From: Candidatus Aminicenantes bacterium
GTDB taxonomy: Bacteria > Acidobacteriota > UBA4820 > DSQY01
Direction of reading: 5' to 3'
Length of the DNA stretch: 32,469 nt
NCBI GenBank assembly: GCA_027365515.1
Contig: DAHXMK010000022.1
Span: forward strand, 1-32,469
Part shown: in pieces, positions 26,244-32,469 of the stretch
Layout of the letters: each line of letters starts with the position of its first letter
Position numbering within the stretch: position 1 is the stretch's first letter
The notes under the pieces: model-generated
The model's database searches: none
What the model was told of the DNA's origin: nothing
Seen by the model: the letters and a program-made list of their open reading frames with translations, nothing else
Translations under genes and position numbers: made by a program

Positions 26244-27332
26244 TTATGGACAGCGCCTGCTATAGCGCTCGAATTCCTCTTTATCGGGCCACACATCTCT
26301 ATATAGATTATTTGAACCATCTGGATTGGTGCATCCTTCGAGATGTATGTCCAGCATATTGTTGTTGCGTAGCCCAATGACGATGTTCAACCAATAATAT
26401 CTGCCGTTCAGGCTGTCCCTGGCGTATAGGTATTTTGATACTCCGGCTCCCTTGTTTCCCTCCACTCTCATTTTCCAGTGCAGGCTATCTGTATAGCCGT
26501 CAGTAGGTGCGTAGCTTACATAATCATCATCCGTTTCACGCAACAAGAACCTGCCATTGCCGTGAAGATTCATTGACCATTCCACTGGAGTGGCGGACGG
26601 CGTTGCTTTGCTCCATCCCATGAATATCATTTCTTCCGCAGCGGCCATTCGCGCATTGTCCACGCGAATAAGTAGCTCGCCTTCCGGCGTGGCGCCTCTG
26701 ATCGAATGAATGCCGACTGTCGTGCCTCCAGCAGGGGCCGCCAACGCCACTGGGCTTGCCGGATCAAAGGCGAAGATGTTCACGGCTTCAGCCGGGAATT
26801 CCTTGTATGGGGTGGAGAATTGAAGCAGCTTTGGAGGTGGATCGTGACGGATCACTTTTAGTTGAATAGGCTGAGGAATATCAACGAGCTTGGGCATTGG
26901 AACTGTCCCCATATCTCTCAGGCTCTTCGAAAAGACATAACGAGCAGTAGACACCTCCCGCAGAAGCGCTAACCCTGCCTTTCTTCCTGGCTTATCTAGC
27001 AGGGCAAGACCCTCATCGTTGGTTGTGACGCGGTAGCATTCATCAGCCGTCCAGGAAAAGAGCCATAAAAAGGTGTGCAACCGAGTCAGCGCGATCTTAA
27101 ACTCGTAACGCTTTGCTGGTCGCCCATCTTGATCAACCATCTTGATGGCGAGATGCATCGGCCTTGCGTCCCTGTAAAACGCAGCGGTGTACTCTTCCCT
27201 GACCGTGCGCTGTTTCTTCGCATCCGCACTTGATGAACCACACCCTACTGCTAAAAGAATCAGCGGCATAATAGTCAGTAATGCGCCACGTGCAACTCCG
27301 GCGACGCATTTATGGCTGAGGTTTATTGGCAT
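26244..27332 (-). CDS. putative lipoprotein of unknown function
   Basis: ATG 27332 lies 9 nt after GAGGAG and 13 nt downstream of the hydrolase stop. The signal peptide has a lipobox-like LLAVGC. G+C is low (sample lines count about 42-48%). I recognised no family. Confidence 0.7.
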   Translation of the reverse strand: MPINLSHKCVAGVARGALLTIMPLILLAVGCGSSSADAKKQRTVREEYTAAFYRDARPMHLAIKMVDQDGRPAKRYEFKIALTRLHTFLWLFSWTADECYRVTTNDEGLALLDKPGRKAGLALLREVSTARYVFSKSLRDMGTVPMPKLVDIPQPIQLKVIRHDPPPKLLQFSTPYKEFPAEAVNIFAFDPASPVALAAPAGGTTVGIHSIRGATPEGELLIRVDNARMAAAEEMIFMGWSKATPSATPVEWSMNLHGNGRFLLRETDDDYVSYAPTDGYTDSLHWKMRVEGNKGAGVSKYLYARDSLNGRYYWLNIVIGLRNNNMLDIHLEGCTNPDGSNNLYRDVWPDKEEFERYSRRCP

Positions 27333-27345
27333 AGCGATCTGCTCC

Positions 27346-28422
27346 TCATTGTGATAACAAGGCCACAACCTTCTCCCAGTATCCTTGGTGTCTCGAATAC
27401 GTCCCCCGCAATTCCCCGCTATGGTAGATATGATCATCCGTATACTCAAGTGGCGGAGCCTGTAGGTTGAACGAATCCTCCGCCCTAAACGGCCCCACCG
27501 TTTGCGCAGTGGCACCTAGAGGAATCCCCAGGAACTGCGCGTAGCTTGAGAACATCTTGAACCTTTGGCCAACGTCGTCAACGTCCAATGCCTGGCCTGT
27601 TGGATGGCATGTTATAACGCTAGGGCCACCGTATGGATCGGGTATTGTCACGCATTCGTTCAGCCGGAACAAGTGTTCACTCCACACGTATTGATACCGC
27701 CCTGCAACATCTAGACGCCCTCTGAACAAGTCATTGTCAAGTTCGAATACGCTTTCCCTGCGCTCACTAAGCTTATTGCATATTTCAGTCACGAATGCGT
27801 TCAATCCAGGGTGGTCATATAGCCACCAGTCTAGGACCCAGTATTTCTGCAACGTTGTAACGTCATCACCCATGGCCCAATCCGCAGGGTTATAGAAATT
27901 GACCCACTTCGCTGCCATCTGTCTTGCCGGCTCAAGATACGGCAATTCGCTTGCGTAGCCATGCGGGTAGTGGCCCATCACATCGTCGTTGTCGTATGCC
28001 CCACGCTCTGGAATCCGCTCTTTGTATCGCGGCACATCCGCCTGGTAATAGCTTGCCGAAATAGCGGCCTGACTTGCGATATACACCTTGACGAGCGGTC
28101 TTGGAGCGCTTGTATCAAGTCCTGCCTCCCGCAGAGCTTCGCCCGCTACAATGTTGCCCTGGCTGTGGGCAAGCAAATACACACCAGCGGCCAAATGGTT
28201 GCCATTCTCTCGCACCAGAAGGTCTTTGAGGCCCGTTCCTGACAACCACGCGTTGTATTCACTCTTGTCGAAATCCAGCGCGCTGAGGCTGCACGGCCAG
28301 TCATATTCGCCAAACCGCCCCTTGTAACCTGACCACCAGAGGCGCTTGTATGCTGTTTGCGCGAATCTTGGCTTCTCCCAATCCTGCACATTGAACCCAT
28401 GAACGAAGATGACATAAGGCAC
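27346..28422 (-). CDS. alpha/beta-hydrolase-fold protein (lipase/esterase-like, DUF900-like), no signal peptide
   Basis: The beta-1 strand YVIFVHGF and the nucleophile elbow LLAHSQGN (GxSxG-type) are present. I favour GTG 28422, which has AGGTGG 8 nt upstream. The maximal ORF extends to TTG 28569, but that part lies inside the inverted-repeat-bounded RAYT unit and overlaps the transposase gene. Confidence 0.7.
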   Translation of the reverse strand: MPYVIFVHGFNVQDWEKPRFAQTAYKRLWWSGYKGRFGEYDWPCSLSALDFDKSEYNAWLSGTGLKDLLVRENGNHLAAGVYLLAHSQGNIVAGEALREAGLDTSAPRPLVKVYIASQAAISASYYQADVPRYKERIPERGAYDNDDVMGHYPHGYASELPYLEPARQMAAKWVNFYNPADWAMGDDVTTLQKYWVLDWWLYDHPGLNAFVTEICNKLSERRESVFELDNDLFRGRLDVAGRYQYVWSEHLFRLNECVTIPDPYGGPSVITCHPTGQALDVDDVGQRFKMFSSYAQFLGIPLGATAQTVGPFRAEDSFNLQAPPLEYTDDHIYHSGELRGTYSRHQGYWEKVVALLSQ

Positions 28423-28493
28423 GTCTGGCGCCACCTGCGGCGTGTACGCGAATCCCTCAGGTTGTGCAGGCAACGCTTTGGGCGGATTTGTAT

Positions 28494-29239
28494 TTCCGGG
28501 GACACAATACTCATTTCTCCTCTGTTCTCTTCTTTCGCCCTGGTTTCTGGGGCTTGAGGGTTCTTCCAAGGGCTACCTCCAGTTTCTCGACGAACCCGGC
28601 GGAACCCAGCGGCCGTCCTGTCCTCTCACCGCGCCGGATGGCTTCGGCTTCTGCTTCCGCCATACCGCCTTTCAGCAATGACGCCCACTCCCCACAGTCC
28701 CTCAGAGGCTTCGCAGAACGTATGAGCGCGCCATACTCTCCGCTCAGATGAGCACGGGCGCTGCTCCACGGCCACTGTTCCGGACGCTTGCATAGCTTCG
28801 CCCGCACAGCGTTCAACTCGATATACCGCGCGCAGGCAATCGCATATCTTCGCTCCATCGGAAACGAGGCGAACCTCCCCTGCCACAGGTACCCCCGCCA
28901 CCGTTCCCGGAAATTGATTAGCCTCGTATAGCGGCGATGAACTTCTCCGACTGCCCTGGCAAGACCGTCAGCACTGTGCGGCACCAGCATCAGATGGACA
29001 TGGTTCGGCATGAGGCAGTAGGCCCAGACATCCACCTTGTGCCTTTTGCACCATGCGCCAAGCAGATCCAGATATGCGCTATAGTCGTCGTCACAGAAGA
29101 ACACCGGCTGACGCCTGTTCCCGCGCTGCGTCACGTGGTGAGGGTACCCGGAAGCAACCACTCGCGCCAGTCTCGCCATGAAGCGATCCTATCCCTACCG
29201 CCACTGCATTGTCAACATATCAGTATTGTGTCCCCGGAA
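28494..29239 (-). mobile_element. RAYT / IS200-like unit 1: Y1 transposase gene bracketed by 18-bp perfect inverted repeats
   Basis: ttccggggacacaatact (28494-28511) is the exact reverse complement of agtattgtgtccccggaa (29222-29239). I verified this base by base. Confidence 0.75.
28511..29179 (-). CDS. REP-associated tyrosine transposase (RAYT) / IS200-family Y1 transposase
   Basis: It has the HUH motif (PNHVHLML), the catalytic Tyr context (ARYIELNAVRAKL) and the family N terminus YHVTQRGNRRQPVF. Confidence 0.85.
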   Translation of the reverse strand: MARLARVVASGYPHHVTQRGNRRQPVFFCDDDYSAYLDLLGAWCKRHKVDVWAYCLMPNHVHLMLVPHSADGLARAVGEVHRRYTRLINFRERWRGYLWQGRFASFPMERRYAIACARYIELNAVRAKLCKRPEQWPWSSARAHLSGEYGALIRSAKPLRDCGEWASLLKGGMAEAEAEAIRRGERTGRPLGSAGFVEKLEVALGRTLKPQKPGRKKRTEEK

Positions 29240-29271
29240 TCCCAAACGTGAATCGAAAACCACATTCATCG

Positions 29272-29625
29272 TCACTTGCCTTGTTGCCCCAGCCGCCAGC
29301 GGGGGGCGAGAACTACACCCTCATCCTGTGCTACCTTCTTGCCAGTCTTAGGAGAGATGCCACCCGGCCAGCCTATTTGCACTTCAAGAGGATCACCCTC
29401 GTGTCCTTCCAAGGAAACTTTAAAGGATGTCTTATCCCCCATTCGGGTGTACTCCGTACCTCGCAGCCCATGATTCAAGACGGTAAACCCCGCCCCAGCC
29501 TCGACGGCCCCCTCCTCGCCCTCGACGATGAGCGTATTCTCCTTGTTCGGGTCCGCGTACGCCCAAATCTTGCGTTGGTCAACAGTAGGAACGTCCTCTT
29601 TGAAGGATACGGGGTCACATCTTGC
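29272..29625 (-). pseudogene. start-less coding fragment between the two RAYT units
   Basis: The minus-strand frame is open from the TAG at 29629-29631, which lies directly inward of the unit-2 repeat core, down to the TGA at 29272. It reads DPVSFKEDVPTVDQRKIWAYADPNKENTLIVEGEEG...GQQGK. No ATG or GTG lies near its 5' end. The track offers only an internal TTG (68 aa). Confidence 0.35.
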
Positions 29626-30576
29626 TTTCTAGCAGTTTCAGTTCGCATCGCGCTCTGCCAGTTTGAGAAGCCTTCCGGCGGTGGCGTAGTGAACGCCTAG
29701 GTGTTTCGCGATCAGAGCAAGCGTGTATCCGTGAATCACGTGCGCCTCGCGCACTTGCGCGGCCAAGCCGGCTTTTCCGTCCGCCTTCTTCCGGTCTACA
29801 ATCTCTCCCACCGGAGGCCTTCCCGCCACACGCTGAAAACGCTGGTGCTCCTTTACTTCCCGTCTGGCTTCGGCCTTCTCACGCCACGCTTCCACGAACT
29901 CCGCCGTGCCCAGCACCATCTGAGCCGCCACTCGCCCAAACGGGCTCTCCTTTTGCCGCAATCCTTGCGCCACGTACCGCCTGTAGAGCCTTTGCGCTTT
30001 CGCTTTCTCTCGGTGAAACTGCGAAAGCACCCACGTCGTGCTCAGATACGGCGGACGCTTCACCTCTCCGGCCGTCGCCCGATAACTGCTCCACCACCAA
30101 TCACCAGCGCGTTCCACCATTTTGGCCCGAACGGGGTTCAGCACCACGTAGCGGCACACCTCCAGCAAATAGCTCTCTTTCTGCACTAATACAGCCTTGA
30201 AACGCCCCTGGAAAAGATGCCCGCAGCGCCGGTGCCGGCGGTTGAACCCCTGCGTATACTCTCCGTTGATCCGTTGCATGCCCAGAGAAAGGTTGGCTTT
30301 CGGCGTCTCCACCAGCAGGTGGTAATGGTTGTCCATCAAGCAATAGGCATGAATGATGAACCCGTACCTGGACGCTCCGGCCGCCACCGCTTCAAGAAAC
30401 GCGGCCCGGTCCCGCTCGTCAAGAAATACCCGCTGCCGCGCATTCCCGCGCGACGCCACATGATAAACCGCCCCAGGGAATTCAATCCTCAGTGGACGCG
30501 CCATCGCAGATTCCCTCTCATCACCCTTACGAAATAATCATAGCACCAAGAATGCTATAAAGCAAGATGTGACCCC
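29611..30576 (-). mobile_element. RAYT / IS200-like unit 2: Y1 transposase gene bracketed by 18-bp perfect inverted repeats
   Basis: ggggtcacatcttgcttt (29611-29628) is the exact reverse complement of aaagcaagatgtgacccc (30559-30576). A second copy of the latter lies at 30605-30622. The match extends to about 24 bp with one mismatch. Confidence 0.75.
29638..30504 (-). CDS. RAYT / IS200-family Y1 transposase with a C-terminal helix-turn-helix extension
   Basis: It has the HUH motif (DNHYHLLV), the Tyr context (CRYVVLNPVRAKM) and the N terminus YHVASRGNARQRVF. The C-terminal segment GYTLALIAKHLGVHYATAGRLL looks like an HTH, possibly DnaA-domain-IV-like. Confidence 0.85.
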   Translation of the reverse strand: MARPLRIEFPGAVYHVASRGNARQRVFLDERDRAAFLEAVAAGASRYGFIIHAYCLMDNHYHLLVETPKANLSLGMQRINGEYTQGFNRRHRRCGHLFQGRFKAVLVQKESYLLEVCRYVVLNPVRAKMVERAGDWWWSSYRATAGEVKRPPYLSTTWVLSQFHREKAKAQRLYRRYVAQGLRQKESPFGRVAAQMVLGTAEFVEAWREKAEARREVKEHQRFQRVAGRPPVGEIVDRKKADGKAGLAAQVREAHVIHGYTLALIAKHLGVHYATAGRLLKLAERDAN

Positions 30577-30633
30577 AATTCGTTTATGACCCCAATTCGT
30601 TTATAAAGCAAGATGTGACCCCAATTCGTTTAT
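30556..30633. repeat. short direct-repeat array (32-bp unit x2, with an extra 18-bp partial unit)
   Basis: tataaagcaagatgtgaccccaattcgtttat occurs at 30556-30587 and 30602-30633. tgaccccaattcgtttat occurs three times (30570-30587, 30587-30604, 30616-30633). Confidence 0.9.
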
Positions 30634-30647
30634 TTATAAAAAATCAT

Positions 30648-30672
30648 AAGCGGGAGCACCGGGCTCCCGCTT
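30648..30672 (-). terminator. rho-independent terminator downstream of ssrA (potentially bidirectional)
   Basis: A 10-bp stem pairs aagcgggagc (30648-30657) with gctcccgctt (30663-30672) around a 5-nt loop. T-rich runs follow on both strands. Confidence 0.65.
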
Positions 30673-30681
30673 GCGAGTTTT

Positions 30682-31026
30682 TGGTGGAGGCGGCGGGAGT
30701 CGAACCCGCGTCCGGAGAGGTCGGCCAAGGAAGCGTCTACGCACGTAGCCGGTTCCCAATCATTTCGCTCGGCGCCAATGGAGCCGGCAATTCGGCGCCT
30801 CGCTATCCTCAGTAGTCTTAGCCCCGGCGGCTGAGGCGCCCGCCGGAACGCATCCCGCTAGCGACGCCTTGCCGAAACCCGCGGGAGTGATTTCGGGGGC
30901 GTGGCGGCTTACGCCGCCAGAGCCAAGTTGTTGTTGGCTTTTGAGGTTTTCCGGTCGTTTTTCGAGAGCCCGGAACTCGGTGCGCAGCCTCCTCCCGCAC
31001 ATCCCCGTCGAGACCGTTTCGCCCCC
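30682..31026 (-). ncRNA. ssrA: tmRNA (SsrA), tag peptide ANNNLALAA
   Basis: On the reverse complement, the 5' end GGGGGCGAAACGG pairs with the 3' end CGCCTCCACCA, including the G3:U wobble. The T-arm is GGGTTCGACTCCCGCC. The tag reading frame is GCC AAC AAC AAC TTG GCT CTG GCG GCG TAA. The length is about 345 nt. Confidence 0.93.
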
Positions 31027-31043
31027 ACGCGCGTGCAGCCGCT

Positions 31044-31072
31044 AATATATGCCCTGGCGGCGCTCGGGTCAA
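31044..31072 (-). promoter_or_regulatory. sigma70-like promoter candidate for ssrA
   Basis: On the minus strand: TTGACC (31072-31067), a 17-nt spacer, then TATATT (31049-31044). It lies about 17 nt upstream of the mature 5' end, which is consistent with a processed precursor. Confidence 0.45.
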
Positions 31073-31395
31073 GGACTATGAACCTTCGGGAGCGCCCGCC
31101 TTCGGTTGAGCACACAAATCCTCAATAGCTCGAAGAGTTGACCGCGACCGCTAAGACCACGGGGGAAGAAGCCTTCAACTACGGAGGAGCGACGCTCCGC
31201 GCGCTCCCAAGCTCGTCCTGGCTCCGCGCATCCGTACTGAATTCCCCTAGCCGCTGTCCATTTTTCTTGGTGCCGTTCTGTCCCCGTGGCTTGGCCTCTT
31301 CGCTCTTCTTGCTCTTATGAAGGCTCTGCCGGTAAAATGGCCTAGGCGTTGCGGAGAGGCCGCGGCCAATCGTTATCATCATCAGGAGACCGAGA

Positions 31396-32469
31396 ATGAC
31401 TGCTGACAATGAAGCTAACATCCACCCTCTGAAAAGAATCGCGTTGCTCTTTTCCGGCGGGCCGGCGCCAAGCGCCAATGCCGTCATATCTTCGGCGGCG
31501 CTCTCTTTCCTTGACCACGGAATAGAGGTCATCGGGATGGTGGAGGGCTTTTCTCATCTGGAATCGGTCTCGTCCGGTTTGGTTGAAGGGCAACACTACC
31601 TGGTGCTCGATCCAACAATCTCGAAAATACGAAACGAGCGCGGGGTTTATATTCGCTCATCGAGGGCCAACCCAGGCAAAGCGATAAAGTGCCAGGCGGA
31701 CCTGTCCGACCCGAAGAAACGCGAGAAGCTGAAGGCGGTGGTGGATGGACTTAAGAGCTTGAAGGTGGACGCTCTCGTGACGATGGGAGGCGATGACACC
31801 CTCAAGACGGCGAACTTCATCCATCTCATGGGGATGCCGACGATCCACGTCCCCAAAACCATTGACAACGATTACTTCGGCATCGCCTGGACCTTCGGCT
31901 TCTGGACGGCCGTGGACGCGGCAAAGGTTCCGCTTCTTACGCTGAAAGCGGACGCCGATTCTACGAACGCATACTTTCTCGTCGAGATGATGGGGCGCAA
32001 GGCTGGCTGGATAACCTATGCCGCCGGATTGGCTGCCGAGGCATGCGCCATGATAGCCGCCGAGGAGATCGAGGGCGACCTCGACCTTGAAGCCCTGGCA
32101 TCAAGCCTTGCTGACATGATCATCGCGAGAGACGCCGACGGCAGGACCGCCGGGATCATCTGCATCGCAGAGGGGCTCGCCGACAAGCTGCCGGAGTCGG
32201 CGAAGCCCAAGGAGATTGACCAGCACGGCAACGTTTATTTCGGCAAGGCCGAGCTTTGCAAGACGCTGGCCGACCGCATTTCCGCCATCTACAAGGAGCG
32301 CACAGGCAGGCAGAAGAAGATCAACCCTAAGCAGATCGGCTACGAAACAAGGACAGCCGCGCCGATAGCATACGACACCGTCCTCGCCTCGATGCTCGGC
32401 TATGGGGCCTACAGGCTCGCTTCCGAGGGAAAGTTCGGCCACATGGTCAGCGTCAGGGACAACTTCGAC
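31396..32469 (+). CDS. pfp: pyrophosphate-dependent 6-phosphofructokinase (PFK family), 3'-truncated by the window edge
   Basis: This ORF is not in the supplied track because it runs off the window. ATG 31396 follows AGGAG, and I translated 358 codons by hand without a stop. Motifs are IALLFSGGPAPSANA, GGDDT, PKTIDND, VEMMGR and IGYETR. Confidence 0.85.
   Translation, partial: MTADNEANIHPLKRIALLFSGGPAPSANAVISSAALSFLDHGIEVIGMVEGFSHLESVSSGLVEGQHYLVLDPTISKIRNERGVYIRSSRANPGKAIKCQADLSDPKKREKLKAVVDGLKSLKVDALVTMGGDDTLKTANFIHLMGMPTIHVPKTIDNDYFGIAWTFGFWTAVDAAKVPLLTLKADADSTNAYFLVEMMGRKAGWITYAAGLAAEACAMIAAEEIEGDLDLEALASSLADMIIARDADGRTAGIICIAEGLADKLPESAKPKEIDQHGNVYFGKAELCKTLADRISAIYKERTGRQKKINPKQIGYETRTAAPIAYDTVLASMLGYGAYRLASEGKFGHMVSVRDNFD

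Noticed and set aside
28146-28514. A 122-aa minus-strand ORF whose ATG forms an ATGA overlap with the RAYT-1 stop and sits behind GAGGAG.
   Set aside because: It is out of frame with, and completely overlaps, the conserved alpha/beta-hydrolase core (VIFVHGF...AHSQGN). The product is Arg/Ser/Cys-rich with no motif. The apparent SD is simply the transposase's terminal codons.
29209-29700. A 163-aa plus-strand ORF spanning the inter-RAYT spacer.
   Set aside because: It crosses the unit-1 and unit-2 inverted repeats and the 3' end of the RAYT-2 gene in antisense. The sequence is low-complexity. The minus-strand frame looks more protein-like.
30556-30633. Possible CRISPR array or att-site duplication.
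   Set aside because: There are only two or three contiguous or overlapping copies, with no unique spacers and no cas genes. The repeat does not match the 3' end of ssrA, so it is not a classical ssrA att duplication. It matches the inverted repeat of RAYT unit 2 instead.
31179-31532. A 117-aa minus-strand ORF (and 31342-31596) between ssrA and the PFK gene.
   Set aside because: Both overlap the SD-supported start and the conserved N terminus (IALLFSGGPAPSANA) of the PFK gene in antisense, or lie in the divergent promoter region. No motif was recognised.

Overview
This is a GC-rich (about 60% G+C by eye) bacterial chromosomal window. It is mostly housekeeping and envelope or redox genes, with one clearly accessory patch next to the tmRNA gene. 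I cannot assign a phylum from sequence alone.

Gene order, left to right:
- a 5'-truncated hypothetical gene
- a stand-alone EF-G2-type elongation factor paralog
- a DUF2231 membrane protein
- a TPP riboswitch followed by thiC
- a convergent glutaryl-CoA-dehydrogenase-like gene
- a three-gene ATPase module (motif-degenerate GspE/PilB-like ATPase, small duplicated beta-protein, TPR-Clp double AAA+ protein)
- DUF2892, trxA and an FmdB zinc-ribbon gene
- a roughly 400-bp, very AT-rich convergent spacer
- a long minus-strand array (BatD-like, BatE-like, TPR membrane protein, P-loop kinase, then nrnA and an ElbB-like gene)
- a secreted M16 peptidase pair
- a SAM methyltransferase
- membrane rhodanese, MauE-like protein and an exported 1-Cys MsrB
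- a low-GC alpha/beta-hydrolase plus lipoprotein pair
- two IS200/RAYT-type Y1 transposase genes, each bracketed by 18-bp perfect inverted repeats
- a short repeat array
- ssrA (tmRNA, tag ANNNLALAA)
- the 5' part of a PPi-dependent phosphofructokinase gene

No CRISPR array, rRNA or tRNA was seen.

The best candidates for something undescribed are:
- the orphan ATPase trio at 7140-11853
- the ssrA-adjacent accessory patch at 26244-30633 (hydrolase and lipoprotein cargo plus REPtron-like RAYT units)

All functional calls rest on motif recognition by eye. No database search was run.
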